A stretch of DNA of 64,000 nt from Nitrosopumilus sp. (GTDB lineage: Archaea > Thermoproteota > Nitrososphaeria > Nitrososphaerales > Nitrosopumilaceae), in NCBI GenBank assembly GCA_965206745.1, contig OZ242220.1, forward strand, positions 256,001-320,000, read 5' to 3'. Positions 9,994 to 20,252 of this stretch are shown here, one piece after another. Both the position numbers and the translations under genes were made by a program. Below the pieces are notes generated by a model. It was given only the letters and a program-made list of their open reading frames with translations. It had not been told where the DNA came from and did not search any database. Each line of letters opens with the position of its first letter. Position 1 is the first letter of the stretch.

Positions 9994-11516
9994 TACTGTG
10001 GTTCAATGGTCGCTGGCGGCTTGCTTGAAATGGTGTATGTAACCCAAGTAACGTCTTCAATCTCATTTGTAATTCTGTTGCTCATCTTTTCTAATAATTC
10101 ATGCGGTAGTCTTGTCCAGTCTGCAGTCATTGCATCCACAGAGTCCACGACCCTGATCATGACTATATTTCCATACCTTCGTTCATCCCCTACGACTCCA
10201 ACTGCCCTGTCATCACCTACTGCGGCATATGCCTGCCATACCTTCTCATACAGGCCTGCCTCCATCAGCTCCTCCTCGACGATCTTGCTTGCCACCTTGC
10301 AAATCTCCAGCTTTGTCGGGGTGACTTTGCCGATTATCCTCACTGACAATCCTGGACCCGGAAATGGATGTCTCATGAAAAGCTTTTCTGGAACCTGGAG
10401 AATTTTTGCAATCTTTCTTACCTCGTCCTTGTACAAGTCCCTTAGCGGTTCCAAGACTTCCAGATTGAGCCAGTCAGGCAGTCCTCCTACGTTGTGGTGG
10501 GATTTGATCACTGCGGCAGGACCCTTTGATACCCCGCTCTCAATCACATCCGGGTATAGCGTGCCCTGGGCCAGCCATTTGAAAGGGCCGTTGCCTTTGG
10601 CAAAGTCGGTGAAAACCTGGACGAATTGCTCACCTACGATCATTCTTTTCTTCTCGGGATCCTCCACCCCCTCTAGCTTTTCAAGAAACTGCCCTGATGC
10701 ATCAACTGAGGTGAAATCCACATCAAAGTTATCTGCAAACATAGCCTGAATCTCTTTCTCCTCGTCTAGTCGCAGCAATCCGTTGTTTACAAAAACACAC
10801 TTTAGTCTGTCACCTATTGCCCTGTGAATCAACAGTGCAACGACAGTCGAGTCTATGCCCCCGCTTACGCCGCAAAGTACGTTTCCCTGAATCCCTGAGA
10901 TCTTTTTGACTGCCGTATCGATAAAGCCCTCCATGGTCCAGTCCTGCTTTGCACCACATACTTTTAAAACAAAATTCTTCAAAATCTCTGTACCCTGCTC
11001 GGTATGTACCACTTCGGGATGAAACTGAATGCCGTAGACTGGTTTTTCCTCTGATGCAATAGCGGCAGCTCTTGCACCGTCTGTATGCCCGATAACCTTG
11101 AAGCCTTTTGGAATCTCTTCAGCTTCATCGCCGTGACTCATCCATGCCCTGATTGACTTGCCGACCCCGCCTAAAAGATCTCTGTCACTGTCAATTCTCA
11201 GTAGTGATGAGCCGTATTCCTTGTTTGCCCTTTTGATCTTTCCCCCATACCTGTCAACAATCAGCTGGTGCCCATAACAGATTCCAAGCAGTGGCAGATT
11301 CATATCGAAAATCTCATCTGCCGGAATCGGGGCATCTTGACTGTAGACGCTTGACGGACCGCCTGAAAAAATTATTCCTGTGGGGTTTAGTTTTTGCAGT
11401 TCCTCATAACTAATGTCATACGGGACAAGCTCCGCATAAACAGAAAACTCCCTAATTCTTCTACAAATTAGATGGCTGTACTGTGACCCAAAGTCTAAAA
11501 CTACGATCCTGTCCAT
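9993..11516 (-). CDS. guaA: GMP synthase (glutamine-hydrolysing)
   Basis: LDFGSQY, GICYGHQ, QFHPEV, SGGIDS, IKSHHNVGG, KPPATIE. Confidence 0.97.
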   Translation of the reverse strand: MDRIVVLDFGSQYSHLICRRIREFSVYAELVPYDISYEELQKLNPTGIIFSGGPSSVYSQDAPIPADEIFDMNLPLLGICYGHQLIVDRYGGKIKRANKEYGSSLLRIDSDRDLLGGVGKSIRAWMSHGDEAEEIPKGFKVIGHTDGARAAAIASEEKPVYGIQFHPEVVHTEQGTEILKNFVLKVCGAKQDWTMEGFIDTAVKKISGIQGNVLCGVSGGIDSTVVALLIHRAIGDRLKCVFVNNGLLRLDEEKEIQAMFADNFDVDFTSVDASGQFLEKLEGVEDPEKKRMIVGEQFVQVFTDFAKGNGPFKWLAQGTLYPDVIESGVSKGPAAVIKSHHNVGGLPDWLNLEVLEPLRDLYKDEVRKIAKILQVPEKLFMRHPFPGPGLSVRIIGKVTPTKLEICKVASKIVEEELMEAGLYEKVWQAYAAVGDDRAVGVVGDERRYGNIVMIRVVDSVDAMTADWTRLPHELLEKMSNRITNEIEDVTWVTYTISSKPPATIEPQ

Positions 11517-11520
11517 ATCA

Positions 11521-12099
11521 TCACTTGCTTATGTTCTCAAGCATCCTGGTCAGTGACCATCCTGCAGTGTTGATTAACTCGTTGACCCGCTCCTTCTGCC
11601 TGTAATTCTTGATTATAATCTCTCTGAGGTCTGCACCGTTCTTGTTTATGACGTATTGGATGACTGATTCCTGCTGGATCCTTCCGCTTTCTGCCTCTGC
11701 AACATCCTTCTTTCTCATCTCCCCGATTATCCTATCTAAAAAGAACGATTTGAAAGGTGGCGTGTCTGCATCAACTGCAATCGCATTATCTAAAACTATG
11801 GAGACCTGATCTGGCGTGACAAATGCATTGGCAATGACCTTGCCATCATTTGCCCTTTTAATCGGGATTGAATCCTTCACTGGCTCCTTTACTTTCTCCG
11901 GTTCTTCTACTTTCTCCAGCTCTGGCTTTTTTATTCCCATCTGGGATGCTTTTGTAAAACTAGAATCCTTCAAGAACAAATCCAGTACTGCAATGTTCTT
12001 CTCAAGTGTCTCTATTCCCTCCTGATGTCTGTCAATCTGCTCCATCAAGCTCTCCTTTAAGGCAACAATCTCTTTTACCTGCTCCTCTGAGAACTTCAT
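11521..12099 (-). CDS. hypothetical protein (N-terminal coiled coil)
   Basis: 192-aa ORF, tightly packed and co-oriented with neighbours. Confidence 0.75.
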   Translation of the reverse strand: MKFSEEQVKEIVALKESLMEQIDRHQEGIETLEKNIAVLDLFLKDSSFTKASQMGIKKPELEKVEEPEKVKEPVKDSIPIKRANDGKVIANAFVTPDQVSIVLDNAIAVDADTPPFKSFFLDRIIGEMRKKDVAEAESGRIQQESVIQYVINKNGADLREIIIKNYRQKERVNELINTAGWSLTRMLENISK

Positions 12100-12134
12100 A
12101 ATTTGGTAAACGTGGAATGGGTATTAAATGCATT

Positions 12135-12872
12135 CTAGGTAATTATAATATCAAGTTCCTTGTATGATACTTTTCTGAATCCTTCAATCGGCCTTGACGT
12201 GGTAAATAGTTCCGCCTTTGCAAAAGTAGACAGCCATCCCAAAAGGGACTCGGCTTTTTTTAGCTTCATCAGTTTTAATTTCCTGTCCCGTCCCTCTGTA
12301 TTTGAAAATCTTCCCACCCTTGTCCCAAAATCCATTCCGAACAAAATAATCTTCTTTGCTTCAAAGTGATCCGCTAGAAAGACACTCCTGTCCCCGTCTG
12401 TAAAGCCACCAAAGTTTTGTACTTTGCCAATCGGTGAGGACTGTGTTGTTCCGATGCAGTTCTTGAACTTTCTTGCCATATCCAACCTTTCCAAGTTATC
12501 CCCGTGCGCATGAACGACAAGAACGGATTTGGTTCTTCCAATCTTTTCAAGTGTTTCCCCATCCCCGTCCAGATCAGTCACAACGATATCTGGCATGATG
12601 CCGTTTTCTACCAGCAGCTTTACTGAACTGTCTGCGGCAATCTTGACTATGTTCTTGTAGTCTTTTAATTTTATAATCGCCGATGACAATGACGGACCTG
12701 AGCCAATCACAAAGACGCTTCTTCCTTTGACCAGCTCTGCAATCTTTTTGCCTGCATCGGTTTTTCTTAAAATCAAGTTCAGGGCAATGGTTGATTCCTG
12801 GTCCCTCCTACCGTCATACTTGAACTCTTTTAAAATTTCAAGATATCTCTTTTTCCAACCCCGAATCATCAT
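12135..12872 (-). CDS. mptE: 6-hydroxymethylpterin diphosphokinase MptE-like (DUF115)
   Basis: GSGPSL, IAAD, VVTDLDG, HAHGDN, NFGGFTDGDR, GMDF; divergent from folP. Confidence 0.85.
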   Translation of the reverse strand: MMIRGWKKRYLEILKEFKYDGRRDQESTIALNLILRKTDAGKKIAELVKGRSVFVIGSGPSLSSAIIKLKDYKNIVKIAADSSVKLLVENGIMPDIVVTDLDGDGETLEKIGRTKSVLVVHAHGDNLERLDMARKFKNCIGTTQSSPIGKVQNFGGFTDGDRSVFLADHFEAKKIILFGMDFGTRVGRFSNTEGRDRKLKLMKLKKAESLLGWLSTFAKAELFTTSRPIEGFRKVSYKELDIIIT

Positions 12873-12893
12873 ATAATTCAAATTGCTTTAGAT

Positions 12894-13769
12894 TTGATAA
12901 ACCATGTGGCAAAAATCGGCAATGTTGGCGTGGGCAGAAAGAATCCTGTGCGGATAATGGGCATTCTCAATGCCAGTCCTGAATCATTTTACAAAAAGTC
13001 TGTCAGTACCGGCAAGGCGTCCATAAAGGATGCCGCCAGGCGGATCGAGGATCAAGGCGCGGACTTTGTCGATGTAGGAGGAATGTCCACTGCACCGTAC
13101 CTCTCCACAATGGTTTCAGAAAAGACAGAGTCAAAAAGGATTCTAGGTACAGTCAAAATAATTCAAAACTTTACAAACCTTCCAATATCAGTTGACACCT
13201 GCAGGGCCAAAGTCGCACAGGATGCTCTAGAGTGTGGAGTTGAGATAGTCAACGATGTTTCTGGATTAAAGTATGATGAAAGGATGCCACAAGTGATCTC
13301 CAAATATCTTCCATCCCTGATTCTGTGTGCGTATAGTCCAAAACCTGTCGGTGGGGATCTGAGAACAACCAAAAACCTGCTTGAGGACAGCCTAAAAATT
13401 GCCAAGGAATCGCACGTTCCTATCCAAAAGATTGCACTGGATCCTGCCATCGGGTTTTTTAGAAAGACTGGAAGGGGGCCATTTTTTACAAGAATCAAGT
13501 CAGATTGGCTCAAAAGAGATCTATCCATATTGCAAAATCTGGAATCTCTCAAGCAAAACTGCCCCCTCCTGATCTCCGTCTCAAACAAATCGTTCATAGG
13601 GAAAATTTTGGGAAGGGAGAGCCCCGATGATCGGCTCTTTGGCTCCATCTCTGCGGAGGTGGTGTCTGCAATGAACGGAGCTGACATCATTCGTACCCAC
13701 AACATAGGGGCAACCAAAGATGCAATAATGATCGCCTCCAGATTATCAAGACGACACAAAGGCTTATAA
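12894..13769 (+). CDS. folP: dihydropteroate synthase
   Basis: IMGILNASPESF, DVGGMSTAP, ISVDT, NDVSG, DPAIGF, SNKS, IIRTH. Confidence 0.92.
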   Translation: MINHVAKIGNVGVGRKNPVRIMGILNASPESFYKKSVSTGKASIKDAARRIEDQGADFVDVGGMSTAPYLSTMVSEKTESKRILGTVKIIQNFTNLPISVDTCRAKVAQDALECGVEIVNDVSGLKYDERMPQVISKYLPSLILCAYSPKPVGGDLRTTKNLLEDSLKIAKESHVPIQKIALDPAIGFFRKTGRGPFFTRIKSDWLKRDLSILQNLESLKQNCPLLISVSNKSFIGKILGRESPDDRLFGSISAEVVSAMNGADIIRTHNIGATKDAIMIASRLSRRHKGL

Positions 13770-13799
13770 TCGATATTTTACTTTCTTAACAAGGTTTCA

Positions 13800-15230
13800 T
13801 TGGAATTCAAAGAAGGATTAACATTTGACGACGTTCTTCTTGTACCCAAATACTCTGATATTACTAGTAGGAGCCAGACGGATCTAACCACAAAACTATC
13901 CCGAAACATTACAATTAACATCCCTTTTGTGAGTGCAAACATGGACACGGTGACAGAATCTACCATGGCCGGTGCCATGGCTCGGGCTGGAGGGATTGGA
14001 ATCATTCATCGGTTTTTGACCATAAAGGAGCAGGCAAATGAGGTTCTCAAGGTAAAACGATCCGGCAGCGTAATGATCGAAAACCCCTACTCCATCTCCC
14101 CTGAGAAATCCATTGAGGATGCTTTTGATTATGCACAGGATAGGGGAATTTCAGGTCTCCTAGTTGTTGATTCCAGTTCCAAGCTGATTGGAATTGTGAC
14201 TGAAAGGGATCTGCTATTTGCAAACAAGAATAGCAAAATCCAGGATGTAATGACAAAAGATGTCGTAACTGCAAAGCTTGGTGTGACACTGGACGAGTCT
14301 AAGGAAATCCTGCACAAGCACAGAATTGAGAAATTGCCAATCGTTGATGACTCGGGAGTCATCAAGGGTTTGATTACAAGCAAGGATATCACCAATAATG
14401 CCGATTTTCCAAACGCGTCCAAAGATAAGAAAGGAAGGCCGCTAGCTGGTGCTGCAGTCGGAGTGAAAGGCGACTTTTTAGAAAGAAGCGAGTCCCTCTT
14501 GGAGGCAGGTGCAGATGTACTTGTAGTTGACATTGCCCATGGACACAGTGAGAATGCAATTAGCGCAGTGAGAAACATCAAGAAAGCGTTTCCTGACTGT
14601 GAGCTGATTGCAGGAAACATTGCAACTGCCCGTGGTGCAGAGGATTTGATCAGGGCAGGTGTGGATGCAGTAAAGGTGGGCGTAGGCTCTGGTTCAATCT
14701 GCATTACCAGGGTGATCACGGGCTCTGGCGTTCCGCAGCTAACTGCGGTGATGGACTGTGCCAAGGTTGGAAAGGATCACGGCATTCCGATCATCTCTGA
14801 TGGCGGGACTCGAACCTCAGGCGATGCAACCAAGGCATTGGCTTCTGGCGCCTCAACGGTAATGGTTGGCAGCATGCTTGGCGGAACTGATGAGTCGCCT
14901 GGCACGGTGCTGACCAAAAATGGGAAACGGTTCAAGGTTTACCGCGGAATGGCATCGCTTGCTGCATCCATAGGAAGAAAATCAAAGGAGACCGGCTCAA
15001 TGTCACTTGATGATGATCTCAACGACTATGTTGCAGAAGGCGTAGAGGCGATGGTTCCATACAAGGGAACCGTGACTGATATTCTAAAACAGCTGACCGG
15101 CGGAGTGCGCTCCGGACTAAGCTACTGTGGCGCCCATACCATACCTCAGATGCAGGAAAATGCGGAATTTATCAAAATGTCAAGGGCTGGATTTGCAGAG
15201 AGTCAGCCACATGATGTCTCCCTGATGTAG
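13800..15230 (+). CDS. guaB: IMP dehydrogenase
   Basis: [13 protein letters not shown] pair, [17 protein letters not shown]. Confidence 0.97.
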   Translation: MEFKEGLTFDDVLLVPKYSDITSRSQTDLTTKLSRNITINIPFVSANMDTVTESTMAGAMARAGGIGIIHRFLTIKEQANEVLKVKRSGSVMIENPYSISPEKSIEDAFDYAQDRGISGLLVVDSSSKLIGIVTERDLLFANKNSKIQDVMTKDVVTAKLGVTLDESKEILHKHRIEKLPIVDDSGVIKGLITSKDITNNADFPNASKDKKGRPLAGAAVGVKGDFLERSESLLEAGADVLVVDIAHGHSENAISAVRNIKKAFPDCELIAGNIATARGAEDLIRAGVDAVKVGVGSGSICITRVITGSGVPQLTAVMDCAKVGKDHGIPIISDGGTRTSGDATKALASGASTVMVGSMLGGTDESPGTVLTKNGKRFKVYRGMASLAASIGRKSKETGSMSLDDDLNDYVAEGVEAMVPYKGTVTDILKQLTGGVRSGLSYCGAHTIPQMQENAEFIKMSRAGFAESQPHDVSLM

Positions 15231-15384
15231 GTCTGACTGGCAAGGGTTCATGAGGACAGGGGAGAATTTTTGATCGGCACTATGCTGAAAGTATCCAAAC
15301 CATGCAGTTCGGTGATACTGCCAGTCATCTGAGTGGCGCAGGTTTTAGAAATATTGAATTAGAACTTGGCAACCAACTGTACTT

Positions 15385-15939
15385 ATGAAGAGATGTGACT
15401 GGGCATTTGATGATATAAACACCAAATATCATGATGCGGAATGGGGAGTGCCACTGCACAATGATCGAAAGCTCTTTGAATTCCTGATTCTTGATTCGAT
15501 GCAATCAGGCCTGTCTTGGAAAATTATTCTCAGAAAAAGAGACTCTTTCAGAAAGGCATTTGATAACTTTGACCCAAAAAAGATCTCAAACTACACGGAA
15601 AGGGACATCAAAAGGCTTCTTGCAGATGATGGGATAATACGAAATAGAAGAAAGATAGAGTCGGCAATCAACAATGCGGGAAAATTCCTTGAAATAAAAA
15701 AAGAGTTTAAGACATTTGATCATTATGTCTGGTCGTTTGTAAACTACAAGACTAGGAAAAACCGCTTTAGGCAGTGGTCAGAAATCCCCGCAATCACCAA
15801 GGAATCTGAAATCATGAGCAGGGAGATGAAGAAGAGAGGCTTTACTTTTGTGGGTCCTACCGTATGTTATGCGTTCATGCAGACAGTTGGAATGGTAAAT
15901 GATCATGTGATGGGATGTTTTAGAAGAAACAAGCTATAG
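15385..15939 (+). CDS. tag: DNA-3-methyladenine glycosylase I
   Basis: RCDW, YHDAEWG, QSGLSW, IIRNRRKI, FVGPTVCYAFMQTVGMVNDH. Confidence 0.93.
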   Translation: MKRCDWAFDDINTKYHDAEWGVPLHNDRKLFEFLILDSMQSGLSWKIILRKRDSFRKAFDNFDPKKISNYTERDIKRLLADDGIIRNRRKIESAINNAGKFLEIKKEFKTFDHYVWSFVNYKTRKNRFRQWSEIPAITKESEIMSREMKKRGFTFVGPTVCYAFMQTVGMVNDHVMGCFRRNKL

Positions 15940-16224
15940 TTATCGTTCGCTGGGCATCATTGAAAAGCATGGTTGGAGAATGCGAAAAAGAGTGTAGTAA
16001 AGGTGGACCCCTGTAAATGAGAACACTTGGATGTGACTGTCCCTTTTTTGGTCTTTGCAGGCTCAATCCGAACCTATTCTTATGATGGATTCTGGGATTT
16101 GCTTGTGATTTACTGGCACGCCAAGCTGGATATTTTTATCCTGTTGATTAGATTGTGAGGACAGGTGACCTCATACGAACTTTGCTTCGTCTTGCTTTAA
16201 TACTATAGATCTTACAAATTTGCA

Positions 16225-17457
16225 TTGGCTGGAAATGCAATGCTGGTACTCTTTGCAGTGCTATTTGTAGGAATGATGATTATTCCAGCATATGCCGAAT
16301 CATCGCCACGGGAACAACTCAAAGACGGCATTCCAATAAACCAGATTCAGTGCAGTGAGAAAAAGACCCTCATACAGTCACCTGTAGGCAAGCCTGCATG
16401 TGTCTTTGATCCCACTTTGGAAAGACTCCTTGTGCGGGGATGGAGCATCATACAAGTCGAGTCAACCCCTGAACCTCAAGGAATATCCGACATTACAGAA
16501 CCACTTGAGAAACCAGCAGAACCACTTGACACACCGCAGATAAAATCTCCCGCAGAATCTTCCCCTGAAAACGGCATCATGTATTTAGAATCTGACGGTA
16601 GCAGAACCCTAAAATATGCTCCACAATTGCCAGATCCTGATGCAATGTGGTTTCCCATGTCCCTTGCTGATGCCGAAATTATAATGCAGCGCATGGTCAA
16701 AGCCAATGATGATAAAATAATATTCATGAATCTACCTACATCATCTCTTCCATGCCTTACTTCTGGCCAATGCCGCATTCCTGAGGAAGGCATCAATATG
16801 CTTCGACCTTCCCTGGAAAATACTGAAATTTATGTATATTATACAGAAAAAGGCGGCACATTTGAACTGATAAAGGAAGACACGAATCCTGATACAAGTT
16901 TTGATATTGGTGCACCATATGCCGTAGGCGCGATAGTATACCACCTGCCAGAATACATATCCTATGATCAGCGAGAAGCGTTTATCACCTCATTTATGGA
17001 CAAATCTGGATTTTATAATTCTGACATATCCAATTCCTTTAAAGGCGCTGTTGTCTATGGAGGAATACAAATAGTATATGTCGATGATTGGATAGGAATC
17101 GATAACCAACCTTCTACAAGAATAAGCTTTTCTGGCTGGACAAACAATGCAGAATCACTTTATTCTTCAGCCCTAAGTGGGGCAGAACTTGAGAGGCGTG
17201 CACACGAATTTGCAAAAAAGCGTATACATCTAATTGCCCCAGAACTTTGTGAATCATTTATGCCATTTTCTCTAGGGGCCCATGGAGGGATTGAATTTGT
17301 ATATGGAGGCATTGGGTTTTACACCATAAAAGCAGGTACTTGTATTGGAACTAATGGCTATTGGAATCCCGTACTGGTGGATATAGAAGTACAGGAAGGA
17401 GAGATCGCCTTTTTTCAACATCCATGGATGCTATCTGAAAACTGGTATGAAAATTGA
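16225..17457 (+). CDS. secreted hypothetical protein, paralog 1 of the SPxxQ..GIP..QIQC family
   Basis: Signal peptide (IPAYA|E); collinear similarity to 35085 protein; shares N-terminal module with 45270 protein. Confidence 0.8.
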   Translation: MAGNAMLVLFAVLFVGMMIIPAYAESSPREQLKDGIPINQIQCSEKKTLIQSPVGKPACVFDPTLERLLVRGWSIIQVESTPEPQGISDITEPLEKPAEPLDTPQIKSPAESSPENGIMYLESDGSRTLKYAPQLPDPDAMWFPMSLADAEIIMQRMVKANDDKIIFMNLPTSSLPCLTSGQCRIPEEGINMLRPSLENTEIYVYYTEKGGTFELIKEDTNPDTSFDIGAPYAVGAIVYHLPEYISYDQREAFITSFMDKSGFYNSDISNSFKGAVVYGGIQIVYVDDWIGIDNQPSTRISFSGWTNNAESLYSSALSGAELERRAHEFAKKRIHLIAPELCESFMPFSLGAHGGIEFVYGGIGFYTIKAGTCIGTNGYWNPVLVDIEVQEGEIAFFQHPWMLSENWYEN

Positions 17458-17516
17458 TATTCTAGAATGTGTCTTGACCGGAGCCAGTGAAACCTCTACT
17501 CAACTTAACAGAGTAA

Positions 17517-17623
17517 TCAGATATTGTTGCATGGCAAACAATAAACAAATAGATCTTAATGGTACAGTTTCAATTGATTTGTCTGATGTGATCGAAAAAG
17601 AATTAAAAAGTAAATTTAAGTCG
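17517..17623 (+). pseudogene. frameshifted C-terminal remnant of a DUF3800-like gene
   Basis: SDIVAW/-1 shift/ANNKQIDLNGTVSIDLSDVIEKELKSKFK aligns without gaps (13/35 identical) to SDAIAWFNHHNEEPKGVCMMDLHGLILAQLKKEFK of 37745-38323. Confidence 0.75.
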
Positions 17624-17693
17624 TGTATCCGTACCCACATCAGCCCCTGATTTCCCATCACAGATGGTCCAGAGGGTTCGCTTACGAAGCCAC
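17623..17693 (-). ncRNA. candidate structured RNA, copy C (DUF3800-like-associated)
   Basis: GUGGCUUCGUAAGC-GAA-CCCUCUGG-A-CCAUC UGU GAUGG-GAAA-UCAGGGG-CUGAUGU-GGGUACGGAUACAC; same architecture as copies A/B with compensatory pairs. Confidence 0.65.
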
Positions 17694-17715
17694 TAAACAT
17701 ACTATGTCGAGGTGT

Positions 17716-17723
17716 CTTTATAA
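17716..17723 (-). promoter_or_regulatory. TATA box for RNA copy C
   Basis: TTATAAAG on minus strand, starting 30 nt upstream of the first base of the outer stem. Confidence 0.55.
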
Positions 17724-17878
17724 TATTGTCTGTTTGTAATGTTTAAACTAAAAATTAACCATTGCATATTTCGAAGAGGCCAATTAGTGTTAATTTAGTA
17801 TACACTGTTTAATTGAGTGGGGATTTCACTCGTCTGTAAAGTTAGGAGTGGTTTCAGTACACTCCGCATGTAGGATGA

Positions 17879-18535
17879 CTAGAATATACATAGAGGTAGG
17901 TTGAAAACCCCGCCTATTATACAGCTGAGTGAATACACCACATTTAACAGTGCAATGGATAGTTTTAATCCATCTAGTGGCAAGCTGTTTAATTCTTCAT
18001 ATGCTTTTGCAGTATCTCCATCAATCACATACAGACCATTTATTGTTGATGTAACTGAATAGTTATCTCCATACATGCTTGTAGATGTACTTGTAGGTGA
18101 TTTACTTAGAAACAATACAAATGTTTCATTTGGCTTGACATCTAATCGGTCATACAGTGATACTTGTGTATCTGATTCGCCACCCATTAACTGAACTTTT
18201 ACTGTCTTTTGATCTGTTTGTCCTTTGAGGATCTCTTGGATTTGTACTGTAGCCAAGGTAAACAACCATGGTGAATCATGTTGAGGATCTACCATTTTTT
18301 CATATGGTTCTACGCTTGTAACTTGGCCAACTATGATTAAATCAGCTGTTTTAACCAGCTCTGGCATAGTATACAATACACGATCAGAGTCTAATATTGA
18401 TACTATTTTGTCAGTTTCTGGTATGCTCTGTGGTTTGTGCGGTGTTGGTATTTGCTCACCAAATGATGAAATTATCCCAATTGCAGGTAACAGTGTTGCT
18501 AGTATCACTAAAGGAATAATGATTTTTGTCTTCAT
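17879..18535 (-). CDS. secreted/membrane-anchored hypothetical protein (ADLIIVGQV..V.I.EILKG, OB/TIMP-like pattern)
   Basis: N-terminal signal anchor; 218-aa ORF in AT-rich patch. Confidence 0.7.
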   Translation of the reverse strand: MKTKIIIPLVILATLLPAIGIISSFGEQIPTPHKPQSIPETDKIVSILDSDRVLYTMPELVKTADLIIVGQVTSVEPYEKMVDPQHDSPWLFTLATVQIQEILKGQTDQKTVKVQLMGGESDTQVSLYDRLDVKPNETFVLFLSKSPTSTSTSMYGDNYSVTSTINGLYVIDGDTAKAYEELNSLPLDGLKLSIALLNVVYSLSCIIGGVFNLPLCIF

Positions 18536-18642
18536 CAGTACTTGTCCTGGACGGTTTGAATGTCGTGCGTTGGTGGCCTCCTGCAGATTTCCCCTATTCC
18601 GTGATTCGACTTCATCAAAGACTAGTCTTCATCATGGTATAA
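18535..18642 (-). pseudogene. possible C-terminal remnant of a metzincin/matrixin-like metalloprotease
   Basis: LYHDED*SLMKSNHGIGEICRRPPTHDIQTVQDKY*; its TGA overlaps the next ATG (TGATG). Confidence 0.4.
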
Positions 18643-18969
18643 TATTGTTAAATGGCCTGACTCGTGGATAGCCCCAGAGAATTATTTGAGGCTCTGATAT
18701 AATTTGTACAAATCACTTGCAGGGATTTCAAAAATAAGGGAGGGTTTTGCCGGAACCTCAAAAGCCACCATGAATATGTCGTTGAAACTTGGAAAGATTC
18801 CCAAAGGCTTGCATGTGATCTGACTGGGCAGGAATTCCCAGAAACCATGAAAAACAAGCTCGATTTTTCATCGCAAATCCAATGTCCCAAACTCAATACT
18901 AGGGGCAAACGTACAGTCTGGCACTCTGATGTAGATAATTTTTTAACCGGCATCTGGAGTAGCTTCATC

Positions 18970-19437
18970 ATGCTTTCCAAAAGAACCATTATTGGATTAA
19001 TAGTTGGAAGTGTAATCATTGCAATAGGCGGATATTCCCTATTTACAAATATTGGAACAATTACCATTCATGAAGACTACACACTGAGTCTGGGCGATAC
19101 CATTCCCTACACGATCCCTGCACCTGCCAATACCGCACAAAAGATGAAGATTACAGGCAATGCTTTTGATCTCACACTTCAGAGTCCTGCAGACGGATTA
19201 CAGATACCGGACACTTCATACAAAGACGAGTTGGTTTTGGACTGGACTCATTTGGAGGATGGCGAAACAAAAATCCTAATTAAAAATACCGGAAATTCAG
19301 AGTTATCCATCACCGGAGAGCTGGTTCGGAGTTCTGATCCCATCTGGCTTACCTATGACATCATGGTGATAACCTCAGGGGTGATCATCATTGGATTTAG
19401 CATGGGCTTTACCTTGAGAAAGCCAAAGGGGTTCTAG
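18970..19437 (+). CDS. hypothetical membrane protein (two TM helices)
   Basis: MLSKRTIIGLIVG...; hydrophobic N- and C-termini; ATG at 18970. Confidence 0.75.
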   Translation: MLSKRTIIGLIVGSVIIAIGGYSLFTNIGTITIHEDYTLSLGDTIPYTIPAPANTAQKMKITGNAFDLTLQSPADGLQIPDTSYKDELVLDWTHLEDGETKILIKNTGNSELSITGELVRSSDPIWLTYDIMVITSGVIIIGFSMGFTLRKPKGF

Positions 19438-20249
19438 CCTAATTTTGCAGAGGGGTACGAGCCGAGAACCTTGATAGACAGAGTCTCCTGACTTATCTTT
19501 TTTAGCATCTCTGAAATCTTGGGATTGCTCTTATGCCCTTCAAAATCCACGTAAAAGTTGTATTCCCAGGTGTTTGCCTTTGTTGGTCTTGACTCAATCT
19601 TTGTTAGATTGACATTGTTTCTGTGAAAGTTCTCTATAATTCTAAACAGCGAGCCTGGCTCGTGTTTTATTGAAAATATTATCGATGTTTTGTCGTTGCC
19701 TGTCTCAGAATTATCCCCCTTTGAGAGAATCAAGAACCTGGTATAGTTGTTCAAGTTGTTTGCAATGTTCTCTAGTATGACTGGCATCTGGTGTATTAGT
19801 GCCGCATCTTTGCTGGCAATGCTTGCATAATTTTCCTTCTTTAACTCTTTGACCATCTTTACACTTCCTGCAGTATCGTATGTGGGAATCGTCTTCATGC
19901 CGTGTTTCTCGATAAACTTTCTGCACTGACCCAGTGCTTGTGGATGCGAATACACCGTGTCTATCTCATCGATACTGCCGGTTCCAATCAGGCAGTGCTC
20001 TATCCTGTGATAAATCTCACCCGTGGCATTTAGCGATGTCAGATACAGCAGATCATAACTCTCACCGACGCTTCCTTCCAGGGAATTCTCCACTGGCAGA
20101 ACTGCAAACTGGGTTTTGTCATTAAAAGTGCTATCAAGGGCCTCTGCAAACGTGGCTTGGGGTACGGCCTCGATCTGTTGTTCAAAGAATGACTTGGCTG
20201 CTGCCTCACTATATGCACCTCGTTCGCCTTGGAACGATACGTGTACCAT
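19434..20249 (-). CDS. pheA: prephenate dehydratase
   Basis: FQGERGAYSE, PVENSLEGSV, SHPQALGQC, NYTRF, NLTKIESRP ACT domain. Confidence 0.95.
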   Translation of the reverse strand: MVHVSFQGERGAYSEAAAKSFFEQQIEAVPQATFAEALDSTFNDKTQFAVLPVENSLEGSVGESYDLLYLTSLNATGEIYHRIEHCLIGTGSIDEIDTVYSHPQALGQCRKFIEKHGMKTIPTYDTAGSVKMVKELKKENYASIASKDAALIHQMPVILENIANNLNNYTRFLILSKGDNSETGNDKTSIIFSIKHEPGSLFRIIENFHRNNVNLTKIESRPTKANTWEYNFYVDFEGHKSNPKISEMLKKISQETLSIKVLGSYPSAKLG

Positions 20250-20252
20250 CTG

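Noticed and set aside
9868-10749. 293-aa antisense ORF over guaA, and similar long antisense ORFs over folP, guaB and hisF
   Set aside because: Antisense shadows of well-supported housekeeping genes.
17447-17650. 67-aa ORF as a real gene
   Set aside because: Chimera of intergenic DNA and the frameshifted DUF3800-like tail.
17623-17693. Hammerhead ribozyme (GAAA and CUGAUG present)
   Set aside because: CUGAUGU rather than CUGAnGA, wrong order relative to the stems, and not conserved in copies A/B.
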